The notes beneath the pieces were generated by a model. It made no database searches. It saw nothing but the letters and a program-made list of their open reading frames with translations, and was not told the origin of the DNA. 64,000 bases of DNA, from the NCBI GenBank assembly GCA_035221665.1, contig CM069159.1, forward strand, positions 32,302,001-32,366,000, given 5' to 3'. Positions 51,554-64,000 of this stretch are shown here, piece by piece. This DNA comes from Okamejei kenojei. Lineage: Eukaryota. Both the position numbers and the translations under genes were made by a program. Each line of letters opens with the position of its first letter. Position 1 is the stretch's first letter.

Positions 51554-51896
51554 CAGGGGTGGGGAACCTTTTCATGTTGGAATGCCACATTAAGTTAGCT
51601 GTAATCTAATAAGGCTGCATCCAAGAAACTTCAATTAGATATACTTCAAAATGTACATTATTTAGTTAAAATAGCACTCATGTTTTAATTGTGGCCGTCA
51701 GTCGGGGAGGATTATTTAGTTGAATCTTCTTTTACTCTTTGCTATTTTAAATACGTTCATTTTAAGATTAAAATAAAAACAATAAAAGATGAACAAAAAC
51801 ATATTAATAAAAATAAAAGGGTTTGTTCTACAAAATTTGGATTAATTCAAAAGGCAGCACTTTATGGCCTAGAGGGCGGCAGGTTCCCCACCCTTG
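51554..51896. mobile_element. hAT (Charlie-like) MITE
   Basis: TIR caggggtggggaacct / aggttccccacccttg; perfect 8-bp TSD gattagac at 51546-51553 and 51897-51904. Confidence 0.9.
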
Positions 51897-51969
51897 GATT
51901 AGACCATCGCTTGTACAGTGTAAGAGTTCACTGTCTGAAATGCTTGTTTTTACACTTTCAATTTCTTAG

Positions 51970-52333
51970 GTTGTGCTGCCTCTCCATCCCAGTTTCAAGG
52001 CATACCATCCCAACATGCTCTGTATCAACAGCCCAGTAATAGTCCCCCTCCCCCAAACCTTAATCTTCCTCGAATGAATTTACAGCCTGGATTGCCACAA
52101 CAGCCGCAGACACAGCCAGTTACAATTCAAGTCCAGGAACCATCTGAAATACACAGTAACAACTTGCTACAAGGCGCTGGGCAGAATATGCACACCACGC
52201 ATCCCCGCGGAATTATCAGTTCAGGAAATCAGATGCCCCTTCAACAGAGAGGGATGCACATGCCATCTCTTGGGCTTGGACAACACAGGGCCTTGGCAAA
52301 GCAACTGAGTGCGGACAGTGCAGAGGTAAACAG
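51970..52333 (+). CDS. SIK3: SIK3 exon (~20): CAASPSQFQG...QPVTIQVQEP...HRALAKQLSADSAEVN
   Basis: tcttag/gtaaga, 364 nt, phase 1-2; contains ORF 52074..52337. Confidence 0.93.
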
Positions 52334-54093
52334 GTAAGAGTATATTTGAATCTGTTTGCCAAGTTTTAATCCTCTAGCTGGTTTGAATTGAAAATTAGTA
52401 AGGAATGTATGACCCTCTATAGTTATACAGGCAGATTCTGCTGACAGCAGTGTCCTGTCAGTAGCAGTTAGAACTATCTATATCACAGATTTAATATGAT
52501 CAGTTTAATATTTTCAATTAACCTTTTATTTTCACTTTTTGCTTTTATTCTTAATTTACATTTTAATATAATTAATAATTGTCCTCAAATGGAAATCACC
52601 ACATGACATGTGAAAGTTGATGTTCAAAAATAGTTTTCATTATTAATTCCCCACCGAGATTTATAATTCAAATTATATTTAGCATTAAATTAAGATAAAT
52701 AATGAATGACATAATGCTTCTGGGTATTTGAAAACAAATGCACAGAAGACAAATCTGTCAACAATTTTGTGCCATGTGGTTTATCTTGCTTATGATTTTC
52801 ATGATTTGTTAATGACAACAAAATGCATTTTTAACCTTAAAAAATTCAGAGAAGAAACTGCTTCAAAAGCAACAAATGTATACAACACCAGTAAAATGGT
52901 ATAATATCCCAAGGTGCTTCATGCAAGTGTCTGAACAAGCTTGTACAAGCTTCAAATACATTTAACCAAATCATAAAATAGATTTCAAGACGGGTAATCA
53001 TAGAGATCGGTTTTAAGAATTACTCAACAGGAAGAAAGTAGTGTTGGATTGGGTTATTCCAGCTACTTTGGGCCTTGACAGCTGAAGGAATGGACAAGAG
53101 AGCCAGAGTGATTAATATTAAGAGGCCAGAACTGTAGCAGGGAATTGCACAGATAGTGACAGGTAAGGCCTTGGAAGGTTGGTTTAATTTAGCAGGTTGC
53201 TAAAATTCTTAAACCCAACCCCAAACTGTTTAAAACTCTCTTCTTTCTGATACAACAGGAAAAAACACACAACTATTTTATCCCAAGAGGTGGCATGACC
53301 TTTTAATTGTTTTGGTGAAATTGGGAGCCATGCCTTTAATTTCCTTGGCTTCTGAGCAGTTAAAGGGAGGAGCTTTGGAAATAATGTAATTTGCTTTACT
53401 ATACCACTGCGCCTGGAAAAGTTCAGTACCTCCTCATATCCTCCCAAGCTGTCTCCTAATATTGGATCAGAATCTTAATTGGCGAACGGATTCCCTCCCT
53501 CCTGTGTCGGTGATGAACTGCTTCCATCGCTGCTTTTACTGCTCCCCAAATATACCCTACCACCAACATGCAACTTTTACTGTAACAGCTGCCAGTTCCT
53601 TTCCTGGAGTGCTTCCCAACAAATTGGTCACCAAACCTGCTAACTAGGTTGACTTCCATAGAAATTATCAAATTCCATAGAAAAGGTCAAATTTGTCCAT
53701 TTAAGGTTAAAATTGCATGAAATGCAGGGAAACCGGACCTGGATTTCCCATGCAAAACAATCTCCTTTCCCCTACTCACCAAACAGCTCTGATGCTCTAT
53801 GGGTTAGCAGGTGTGATCACATCATTAAAGTACGTTATTTGTCTATCTTTGAACCTTTTCAAATGTCTGACAAGTATGAAAGTTCACTGATTATATTCAG
53901 ACCAAGAACACAGCTCATGGTTTCAAATTCTACCTGGCCAGATCTGGAGTTGAATTCTATAAATATGATAACTTTTGTGTCCAGATTGTGATTTAAAAAA
54001 ACCAATGCTCAATAATGTCCTCCCTGGATTGGCTTAAAATGTGACTGTTTATTTGATTCAACATTTTTAACACTGATTTCTGTTTTTTTACAG

Positions 54094-54998
54094 TCGACCT
54101 ATTAGTCGATTTTCTCCTTTGAGCTACGATCAGACGCATTTGCACTCTAACCTTTTCCCGGAGCAGTTCCGATATTTAACTAACAACTTCAACCCTGCAA
54201 CAGCAATGTTTTCCCAAGGCATGAAAATTGCACAGATGGACTCGCTTTCAAACTATAACCAGAACATAGCTGGCAAGGCCGTCATGCAGCATGAACATCA
54301 GCAACAGGATTTCACAGCTTCATCACTACATCAGGCATTGCTTTCTCCAACGCCATCTGACTACACAAGACACCAGCACGTTTCACAGCAGTATGGCCAT
54401 ATGATTCAGGGACTGCTATCACCCAGGCACTCTTTAACAGGCCAACAGGACCTGCGCTTACCTCCTGCTGAAATGTCACATTTTTTAAAACGTCACCAGC
54501 GGCAGCAACAACAACAACAGCATGAATATGATTTGCTGAGGCACATAAACCAAGGGGTGGGGGATGCTGGAAATATGACTGCCAACTTATGTGGGCAGCA
54601 GCAGACGTTATCAGAGCGACAAACATTAAATATGCCTTATCAGAATACAGAAACGTATCATCAGCATCGCTTACTACAGGTCAGAGGCCAAGATCATATT
54701 CCGCAACCCCCATCCCAAGGCCACAGTTTTGTACATCACCCCCCACTGATGCATTCAGAGAGCATGGAGGAGGATTGTGTGAGTGAGGGGAACAGGGAAG
54801 GGTATCAGGACAATACAGACTCAACTGACACGTCCACCAAATGCTGCCAAGAGAATACAGTGCTGCTCAATGCCATTAGGTGTGGCGCTGCAGAGACACT
54901 ACTAGCAAATGTGAATCATGTGCACAAAATGGGTGTTTCACAGCCTTATGGTCATCCGGCAGTCCCTGGCTTTGCCGGAAGCAAAGCGCCAAGCAGAG
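54094..54998 (+). CDS. SIK3: SIK3 large Q/H-rich exon (~21): RPISRFSPLSYDQTHLH...LHQALLSPTPSDY...GLLSPRHSLTG...MHSESMEED...SKAPSR
   Basis: ttacag/gtaagc, 905 nt, phase 2-1; ORF 54119..55009. Confidence 0.95.
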
Positions 54999-55570
54999 GT
55001 AAGCTTTGAGAAGTAACATTTATTAACTAGTTGGGGTGACTTTCTACAGAACAATCTTAACACTTGGTTTTTACCGAAGGAAAACTTTCTTGGTTCAGCA
55101 TCTTAAATGATGATATACATGCTGGTCTAGCATAAACAGTTGTTGTCCAGAATAACAATCACTATTTAAAACTGTAACAGTGGGGTGGCATTTACTAGTT
55201 TTGTTATTTATTGATGAAGCCTGACATGATTTTACATTAGTGAAAAAAGGTTTGTCTTTTTACTTAAAATTCTAACATCTGCAGTCCCATGAGACTTTGT
55301 GATTTTAAATTAAGCAAATTATTTTTTATTTCTGAATTCCAAAATCCAATACTGGAATGATTTCATTGGGGAGTGGGACTGGTGCTTGACACGTTGCATG
55401 TTGTTTGTACTGAATATTACATTAACAACTAGCAGTTTTTTGGATAAGATATGACAATATATTAAGTTTACAGTTTTACTAAATGGTGGGGAGAATTTCG
55501 GTGTAAGGTTCCAAAGGATCAGAGAACAGATAAAATGAGATGTGGAATGATAGCAAATTTGTATTATTAA

Positions 55571-55899
55571 GAGCCCTGTCCCACGGTACGAGTTCATTCC
55601 AAGAGCTCTCCCGAGTTTAACAAAAATCAAATTTGTGGTAAGCACGGAGAATGAACGTAGCGAGCACGTCAGAGCATGGGGACGTCTCTTTGCGGTCCGT
55701 AACGCTAACGGCAGGTACTCGGGAAGACTCGCTAACGGCAGGTAAGCATGGGAAGACTCGTGATGATTTTTCAACATGTTGAAAAATGTCCACGAGCACC
55801 CTGATTATCGACAAGTGGCCATTACCGTAAATCTCCGAGTTCGAATCAGGGCAAACTCGGGAGAGCTCTTGGAATGAACTCGTACCGTGGGACAGGCTT
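55571..55899. mobile_element. Complete PIF/Harbinger-like MITE with long TIRs
   Basis: 44-bp perfect inverted repeat 55575-55618 / 55853-55896 starting cctgtcccac; taa on both flanks; internal gctaacggcaggta tandem. Confidence 0.82.
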
Positions 55900-57291
55900 T
55901 AAAAAACATTTAAATTCCATGAACATAGACACTACAAGCTGGAGTAACTCAGCAGGACATGCAGCATCTCTGGAGCGAAGGAATGGGTGACATTTCGGAA
56001 ATCCCTGACTCCAATGCTTGGTTGTGGCCTGAAAAGCCACGTTAAAGTAGTGGTGTGTGGGGCAACCACACCACTGTTGTGGATATGTGATGCGGATGTC
56101 CCTGTGATAAAGAGTGAGAGGGGTGGATGGTGGGAGCAAAGGCTTCAAAATTTAAGAAAGCAGAAATAAATAGGGAAGTAAATAGAATATTATCAGAGTA
56201 AATAGAACTGTATCAGAGTAGAGCTGAAATAGATTAACAACTCTTTGCCTAATTTTGTATCCCTGTGCGGTAATTCTTCCATTACATCTCCTGTTGACCT
56301 ATTGTGCTAATAGGCAAATTCTAATGAGTCCAGGTTCCTGTTGAGGTAGAAGTTGATATGCGCCATAATCTCTCAAATCACCTCATCACCATGGAAGTTC
56401 GCACCATCGGTTGGCAGCCATCGAAACATGTCGCCTTACACTTTCTTGGACACCAGCATTATCAATGCCATTTTAATGTAGGTGGGAACCTCAGGAGGTT
56501 GAAGATGTGCACAAAAACTCCAGCTTCATATATGGGCTCCAGGGTTTCTGTAATTTCTCTGCATTGATCCTTCCGGACCATTACAGCGAAACTTGGACCA
56601 AGTCAGCCATTGGATGCTGTTATGTGACCAAAAAACACTAGAAGAGAAGAGAAGGTGGATAGAGAAAATGCTATAAAAACCTGAACAGTACCGTGATAAA
56701 TATCAATCATTGCAGCTTGGTTCAAGTCGTCTACAGTTTACGAACACCCAACTTAAGTGCATCCTCTACCTATGATCGAGTGTTTGAGAGGATGTATTTG
56801 CTGGCTGCTGTGCAACTGCAGACATCTATTCTTGATACCAACTGCAACTTTGCCACATTGAACTCAGGAGGTATACATTCTAGTTATGCCCTGATGTCCA
56901 TTTTGCGAATTCTATCTGGAGACTCGCTTTCCGGGCCAGCCGTAATGTATTTTTAAAAACCAGCATTTAATAGCATTTCAAACTTGGTCTGCAGTAAAAT
57001 ATACAAAAGAACATTATTAGCCCAAGATATGCTTGTTTGTATCACATTTAGTATTAAGAATGGCAAAATTAGATCAAAAATGTTTCTCCATATTATCTAT
57101 TCCTGTGGGACAAATTCGGCAGGCATCTTCTGCTGTGTGGGAACACAGTTTGTGCCTGTATTTCCAACTTAGAACTGTTCAGTTACAAACAGTGCTCAGA
57201 AAGGGAACCCTATTGTAACCCGAAGAGAACCTGTAAAGTATAACAGATGATGTGCTAGCACTGAAACTAAAAAAACTCCTGCTTATTCCAG

Positions 57292-57437
57292 AATCCATGA
57301 CAGGGGATCGAATGGATGGAAGGGCTCCTATGCAGCCGATGGAAGTAAATGATCACAATGGAGTTGGTTACACGACAAGACAGTCAACAAGAACCCTCCA
57401 AAGGCATCACACCATTCAGACCAGTGAAGATGCTTAT
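57292..57437 (+). CDS. SIK3: SIK3 exon (~22): ESMTGDRMDGRAPMQPMEVNDHNGVGYTTRQSTRTLQRHHTIQTSEDAY
   Basis: ttccag/gtatgt, 146 nt, phase 1-0; LQRHHTIQ motif. Confidence 0.93.
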
Positions 57438-57904
57438 GTATGTGTAAATATTTAATTCTGTTCCAAAGTTAACTATTACATGGACAATTATTCATCAGAT
57501 TTATAATGCAATAGAGAATTTCGGAACAAAATGATGTACATGCTCAAATATTAAATTCTTTAGTTTAATGCACTTCACATAAAATAAAATCGGAAAAAAT
57601 GGCACTTTTAAAATTTTGTCCCAGTAAACAATCAGTAACTTATATGACAAGGAATCGCCAAAGAAATAAAGATACTTGAGTTTTTACTGTGGTCCTCAAA
57701 ACATTAACAAAATCTTCCTCTAAAACTCTTAAACCTGTGCACTCCATTGGGATGTTGTTTAAATAATAGTGGTTCAAAACTGCTGGACGTAACTACTTGC
57801 ATTTGGAACATTGAAGATGTCAGGCCAGGTAATTCATGTGATGTCACCAACGTTCCCAGTTTCTTTTTAAATGCGAAAATCTTTATAATTTTTTAAAAGT
57901 ATAA

Positions 57905-58195
57905 TGGGCAGCAGTGGTACAGCTGATATCACCGTGCCAGTGAGCCGGGTTTGATCCGATCTCAGGTACTTTCTTCCTATGAATACGTGGGATTTCTCCG
58001 GGAGCTTGGTTCCCCCGCATCCTAATGATGTGCGGGTTAGTAGGTTAATTGGCCTCTTTAAATTGCTCCTAGTGTGTCGGGAGTGGATGAGAAAATGGGA
58101 TAACACAAACTATTGTGAGCAGGTGATCGATGGTCAGTGTGGACTCAGCGGGTCGAAGGGCATGTTTCCATGCTGTGTCTCTAAACTAAATTAAA
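57905..58195 (+). mobile_element. HE1-type V-SINE
   Basis: Same V core and tail as 16202-16495. Confidence 0.75.
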
Positions 58196-58283
58196 TTACT
58201 GATTATGCTATTGATTCAGTAATTTTACAGTTCCATTCTATATCTATTGCCAGAGTTAATTTTGCTTATCATTCATCTTGAAG

Positions 58284-58410
58284 GACCAGGCAGAGCTGTC
58301 GGGGATGAGTTTATTAGCTGGAAAGGTGCTTAGCTCTGCTCGTATGTCAGATGTTCTTAGCCAGTCGTCACTCACGGGTAGTCAACAGCTGCAGAACAGA
58401 GAGAGTGAAG
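58284..58410 (+). CDS. SIK3: SIK3 exon (~23): DQAELSGMSLLAGKVLSSARMSDVLSQSSLTGSQQLQNRESE
   Basis: ttgaag/gtgaga, 127 nt, phase 0-1; LSSARMSD motif. Confidence 0.92.
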
Positions 58411-58669
58411 GTGAGAATTTCTGCAATGTGCTAAACAGTGATTTTTAAATACGTTATATTTTAAAATGCACATCTATTTTTAAGCCGGATCAACCTGTTT
58501 TTTTTTTTGCTTTGTAATTGTATATGTGTGTAAATAATTACCTGAAATATTTTTAATCTAATTGAATAAGGAAGATACAGTTCCGTGCACTCTGATTTTA
58601 CTAAAGACAGAAGTTTTTGTTGCGATGGCTTGAGTTGTATATCACATAGTGTACAATCTATATTCACTG

Positions 58670-58762
58670 CGTAGGAAGGAACTGCAGATGCTGGTTTATA
58701 CTGAAGATAGACACAAAATGCTGGAGTAACTCAGCTGCCTGACCTACCTAGCATTTTGTGTT
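58670..58762. mobile_element. Very short fold-back Penelope pLTR insertion
   Basis: 15-bp direct repeat aatctatattcactg at 58655-58669 and 58763-58777. Confidence 0.78.
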
Positions 58763-59312
58763 AATCTATATTCACTGTTCATCAGTGTGTTTCAGAGACT
58801 GATTTTGGGTGACAAACTCCATTCTTATAATTAATCCTTTTCTCCAACCACAAAAAGGATTTGGTGTCAATTCAGTCCCCACAATAAATGTTATTTAATT
58901 TATTAGCTGGGTGATTATGATTTATATGAATGAAATAATTTTGCTTAAAATTGGATGTAATCAAAGTGAATTTTCAATTTTTGTGATTTTTTTTTAAAAT
59001 GCATAGTATCCTAAATTTAAATCACATTAGTACCATGCTCAGTTATCAAAGCAGTTGTGTGGGACTTTTATGAGTAGAATATTTCTTTCCCTTTAGTGGT
59101 GTTCACATGTGAAGAGTCCTATGTAGAATGAAGACAAAGTGAGTGCAATGGCCAAGAATTTTAGATTTAGTCCGAGGAGATGCCTCTCTGTACGAAAAGA
59201 GATATAATCAGAAGGCAAGGTGTGGGTGAGCCATACTACTTGCCTTGTGGGAGTTACTTCATCACTGTTATTGGCTGGTGATGGACATTCTCTGCATGAT
59301 CGCTGTCAGCAT

Positions 59313-59619
59313 CAGTGGCACAGAGGTACAGTTGCTGCCTCACAGCCCTGGAGACCAGGGTCAGATCCTGACTTCGGGTGCTGTCTGTGTGGAGTTTGCA
59401 TGTCCGCCTGTGACCGCATGGGTTTCCATTGGGTATTCCAGTTTCCTCCCACATCCTAAAGACGAGCAGGTTTGTAGGTTAATTGGTCTTTGTAAAATGC
59501 AGGGAATGGATGAGAAAGTGGGGTAACATAGAACTAGTGTAAACAGCTGATCCATGGTCAGTGTGGACTTGGTGGTCCAAGGAGCCTGTTTCCATGCTGT
59601 ATCTATAAACTAAACTAAA
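59313..59619 (+). mobile_element. HE1-type V-SINE
   Basis: tRNA-like head, tgtgtggagtttgcatgt core, (taaac)n tail. Confidence 0.8.
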
Positions 59620-59939
59620 CACTGACATGAAAAAAAGTTATTAGCCTCCCTTTGTCCCAAATTGACAGTTGAAAATCAAAAGAAGTAGGTCATTCCCCTC
59701 TCACCTTATCTATGCCCGTCATCCCTCAGCCTCCTATGTTTCATGGGAAAAGACCCACTCTATCCAACCTTTCATTATAACTCAAGACACAGTAACATCC
59801 GTGTAAACTTTTTTGCACTCTTTCCAGTTTAATGTCATCCTTCCTAGCAGTGCAACCAGCTATGTACTATGAACTTTATACACCCATGACGTTTTGGAGT
59901 TAAATAACATTCTCTTTGATTCTTATTTGCTTTTCGTAG

Positions 59940-60127
59940 AGCACGATGGAAGTTCGCAGAGATCTGCTGATCTAAATCCAGGGGAGGGCACACATTCAAA
60001 CAGTTCTTGCTACCCTGCCAAATGCATCACTGACATCCTCAAAGAACTGAATCCACCATTTGACAACAAACTGCGTCCCTACAAACATCCTGATTTGGGC
60101 TTTGGAATGGAGCAAGCAGGAGTGTAG
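59940..60127 (+). CDS. SIK3: SIK3 last coding exon (~24): ...SSCYPAKCITDILKELNPPFDNKLRPYKHPDLGFGMEQAGV*
   Basis: ttcgtag acceptor; TAG at 60125-60127; C-terminus MEQAGV as in mammalian SIK3; donor gtgagc at 60139. Confidence 0.94.
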
Positions 60128-60339
60128 CAGATAGAGTGGTGAGCTGCAATGTTGTTCTGAGGATTTTGCGTGTGTAAGGAGTGGGGGGGGGGGGGGGGGG
60201 ACATTATGTCATTAATTTAAAAAAAACAGAAATGGTAGAAAAAGCCAGGCCTCACCAGAGAAGAGTTAATACTTCAAGATCATTCATCAACATTATCATA
60301 TTTTGAAATGTTTGAAATGTTTTCTTTTCAATATTGGCA

Positions 60340-61340
60340 CCTTTGTTGCCTGATAACAACTGGGAAGAAGCTGTCCCTGAATCTAGAGGTATGCATTTGT
60401 AACTCTTGCCTGATTGGAGTGGGGAGTAGCACGAGTGGGGGGGGGGGGGGGGGGGGGGGGAGGAGGGTGAGATTGGTCCCTGTTTATGCTTGTGGCCTTG
60501 CCAAGGCAGCGTGAGGTGTAGATGGAGTCCATGGTTTGCACAATGGTCTGGGCTACATCCGCAACGCTCTGCAATTTCTTGCAGTCTTGGATGCAGCTGT
60601 TCCCAAGCCATAAGCACATCTGTAGAAGTTAGTGAGGGTTGTTAGGAACATGTCGAGCATCCTAAACCTTTTAAGAAAGTTAGTGTTCTTTCTTTGCCAA
60701 TGCTTTGATATGGCTGGTCCAGCGCAAATTGCTGGTGATACATGCTCATAAGAACTTGAAGCTTTCGACCATCTCTACTTTGGTGCCATCAATGTATACT
60801 GAGGTGTATGAAAGAACTGCAGATGCTGGTTTAAATCGAAGGTAGACACAAAATGCTGGAGTAACTCAGCGGGGCAGGCAGCATCTCTGGAGAGAAGGAA
60901 TGGACAACGTTTCGGGTCGAGACCCTTCTTCAGGCTGATGTCAGGGGAGTGGGCGGGACAAAGATAGAATCTAGTTAGAGACAGTAAAACTGGTGGGAGA
61001 ACTGAGAAGGGGAGGGGATGGAGAGAGAGGGAAAGCAAGGGCTATTTGAAGTTCGACTAGATACTGGGGTATGTGTCTTGCTTCTCTTTTTGAAGTCTAT
61101 CGCAATCTCCTTTGTCGTGCTGACATTGAGGGAGGTGTTGTTGCTTTGGCACCAAGTTCCAATGTTCTCAACCTCCATCCTGTACTCCGTCTCGCCTTTC
61201 TTTGATAACCAGCCCCCGACAGTGGTGTTGTCTGCGAATTTGTAGATTGAGTTGGATTGGTAATTGGTTGCACAATTATGAGTACTTGGGCACTATAGAA
61301 GGGGGCGGAGACCACATCCTCGTGGGGCCCCTGTGTTGAA
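60340..61340 (-). mobile_element. Rex1/Babar RT remnant in the 3'-UTR intron, interrupted by a Penelope pLTR (~60805-61060)
   Basis: WCQSNNTSLNVSTTKEIAIDF, KFADNTTV and IYTSRCLGKA motifs; hammerhead on minus strand at 60902-60937. Confidence 0.8.
60902..60937 (-). ncRNA. Minimal type I hammerhead ribozyme motif (Penelope pLTR)
   Basis: CUGAAGA-A-GGGUC-UC-GACCC-GAAA-CGUU: intact core and perfect stem II, but stem I only about 2 bp. Confidence 0.6.
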
Positions 61341-61642
61341 GTATATGTGCAGTGTTTATCTGCATATGTTTGTAGACAATCTTCTCAGACAAAGTCAAGT
61401 TTAATCTTGCCATGTCCATTGCTAGGCACTGCTCCACTGAAGTCCTTTTCTGATTATTATTTTCCTAATACTAACTCAGTGCTGCTTAAATTAAGACTCT
61501 TGACAACTTTACACTGATGGGAATTGAAATTGGTTGTTTGTAGCTGTTTTGGATTCAGCTCACAAACTAGTTATAAAGTTAAAATGCTTTTTCATTCATT
61601 CATCACATCAAGCTAATCATATATATTTTTGTTGTTCTGCAG

Positions 61643-63205
61643 ATTGTTCAGCTTTGAGGTGAAAGGTCCATTTTGCCAACAGTATCTATCAGCATCACGC
61701 CCAAACTTCATTGTATTTCTTTCCAGCACAATATCGTGACTCGTCCGCTGTCAGTTGAGTGGTTGCGCTACTTGCCACACCTGTCAGTATCAGTCATGTG
61801 GAGAAGAGAAGACTGAAGTTTTCAAGATTACAGAAGTGAAAGTGCAAACAGCCGTGGCTCCCAGGCAGTCTGATATGTCCTGACCTTGGCCTGCCGAAAT
61901 AAAGACGCCACCAAGCTCTGTGATGTCACTTTATGCAGGGAGAGTAACTGAGTAGTTCAGTATGTGCCCTGACGCCTAACTTACTCTGTGAGCAATAAGA
62001 CTGCTTGCTGTCCCTCTGGTACTCCTCCATTTTCAATTTTTTTGCCTAACAGTGGTGCAATATGCTTTGTTTTCATGTTTATTTACCTGTGTTGATCACT
62101 GTGCTTTCTTTCTCTTGTTAATATCTGCGTCATTTACCAAAAAAAAGTGTACGGCCATTTCTTTTAAAGCAAGTTAGATTTTATGGTTTTTATTTCTCAG
62201 TCAAGTAGAACCTGTTATGTTACTTTAAGATATGAATTAAATGAACTGTGTTAAAAGGAAATTGTCAAAATAGATGATTTTGTTATATTTGAATTGTAAC
62301 TTGCACCTTTGTTAAAGTATTTTACCCTTTTTATGGCATTGTAATTGTGACTTGTTTCCTTGTGCCAGGTGAAACTTGTTAATGTTAACCCTTTGAAATA
62401 TCACAGTGCGTATTATGTTTCTATGTCTTTTTTTATATATAAGACACCTAGAGCCTGCCAAAAAAAAAAAAAGACCAGGTTTTGGGCCACTTTCTGAACT
62501 CTAAAAATGTATCAGAAAAAATAAATTTAGATTGAAAGATTTATCTGCTTCCAAAAGCATAAGAAGCGGGACTTTGAAAGGAATTTGCACGAATGGATAG
62601 AGAGACTACAGCTAACCGAGTCAAGCAGTGTTGAACTGTGATTTTAGTAATCATGGTTTTTTTTTAAAACAAAAAATGTAGCTTAGGACAGAGATTTTTT
62701 AGACCTAATTGAAAATTAAAATATCAACCATTTATCTGCTTCTAAACTACATATCTGTCCAACTTTTGTCATTTGTAAATTTTTTTTGTTACATTTATTT
62801 GATGAAAAAATGTAAAAAACTTGATATTCAGCTGTTTAACGGGAAGGTACCAAGAAAACACTGAAAGCTTTTATTGTATGTATCTTTTCTTTGTTTACAT
62901 GACACTGTACTTATGGGAGAGTCAACTGCCAATCCAAGGAAAAAAATAAGAACAGAAATGCAGTGCCATCTCTCATCTGTAACACATTTTTAATGTTGCT
63001 TTGTATTGTAGTAATCAATACGCAGTATATGTTGAATGTATATTAATATACTTTGCTATTTCTGTTTCGGAAATGTTGAAAGTACTTTTTTCTTGTTTAT
63101 GTTGGACAAAAGTTTCAGTGATCTAGTACACTGTGTGGGTCACTTGCAACTAGTAATTTAGTTGAAAAGTGGGATCATGACAAATAAAACCTATGTAATT
63201 TGACT
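61643..63205 (+). other. SIK3: Probable non-coding terminal exon (3' UTR) of SIK3
   Basis: Acceptor tttttgttgttctgcag ends at 61642; no recognisable repeats, U-rich; ends shortly after AATAAA at 63183; 3' end approximate. Confidence 0.7.
63183..63188 (+). terminator. Polyadenylation signal AATAAA (distal, probable main site)
   Basis: AATAAA followed by U/GU-rich sequence (ttgttattattttc, ttgttttttg). Confidence 0.6.
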
Positions 63206-63929
63206 TGACAATTGTTATTATTTCATTAGATTATCATCAACATTGTTTTTTGAGTTTATAATCACATTACACATATATCATAATGCATTCATGTTATTTC
63301 TCGTACAAGTACACTGGGCCAAAATATGTTACTTGTTCTTAGCTTGTCTAATTGTGTTTTGGCACTGGGACACACATGTGATAGTTAATGATAAAAGTCT
63401 GTCCACACATTAAAGCATTTGACACTCTGTCTGAGATGTTAGTGGTCCAATTTGCAATATGTTATGTCCATTTATATTAATCCACAATATTAGATTAAAA
63501 ATTTGAAACGTATCCAAACCACAAATGCTTGCGATAGCTTGAGCGTTTTGTTGCCATGACATTTTTTTTCATCAGTATGTATTTAAATGTTCCTGGACCA
63601 AGGAAGAGCTTGACATAGAATACCCTAGAACACCGAAGTCTGAAACACTTACACAATCTCTTGTAACTTGTTTCCTTTCCCCTCCATTTTAGCTCCTTCA
63701 TTATTCTGTGAAGTTTCAAGTTGGTCTAATTTATTATGCCATTGTCAGATTAGACTGTGCAGATTTAAAATACAATTATTAGGTGTAAGTATCTGCATAC
63801 AAGGAAGAGACAGTAAATGTAACAAATATAGTCATCCATATTCCATTAAATATCCCGAAGTCTGTTATGGGTTTCAAGTTATTAACCCTGCTATTTTTTT
63901 TCTACTCTATGTTGGGGTTTTGTATTCTC

Positions 63930-64000
63930 TGTGTGATTGCACGGTTTCCTTCAGGTGCTTCAGTTTCCTCCCACACCTCATGGACGTGTAGATTTGTGGG
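63930..64000 (+). mobile_element. HE1 SINE core fragment running off the window end
   Basis: ggtttccttcaggtgcttcagtttcctcccacacc core. Confidence 0.6.

Noticed and set aside
52326-52339. Alternative donor gtaaac 8 nt upstream of the exon 20 donor
   Set aside because: It would shift the frame and is weaker than gtaaga; no supporting evidence.
60183-60460. G18 and G24 runs as functional G-quadruplexes
   Set aside because: Homopolymer lengths are unreliable in assemblies and one run lies inside a Rex1 remnant.

Overview
Eukaryotic genomic DNA, very probably from a cartilaginous fish such as a skate or ray (inferred from HE1-type V-SINEs plus CR1, Rex1 and Penelope repeats). The window holds the 3' part of SIK3 (salt-inducible kinase 3) on the + strand. 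I traced 20 GT-AG coding exons by hand, from the DFG exon at 3730 to the stop at 60125-60127 (3578 nt, phases all consistent), followed by a probable 3'-UTR intron and non-coding last exon ending near AATAAA at 63183. The first kinase exons lie upstream of the window. Introns are dense in transposons. The main observations are: (1) two diverged copies of a non-coding composite retroposon with a structured 5' leader, GC-rich tandem-repeat core, two covarying 3' hairpins and a pentamer tail; (2) about 15 Penelope-derived insertions, many with minimal hammerhead ribozyme motifs, often fold-back and with 10-16 bp target duplications; (3) a MITE family with shared TIRs but different interiors, plus a decayed Myb/SANT-like gene; (4) conservation of the 52-codon 'Sleepy' exon and a 144-nt cassette exon. 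Exon numbers follow my recollection of mammalian SIK3. Repeat boundaries are approximate unless a TSD or TIR is given, and no database searches were run.
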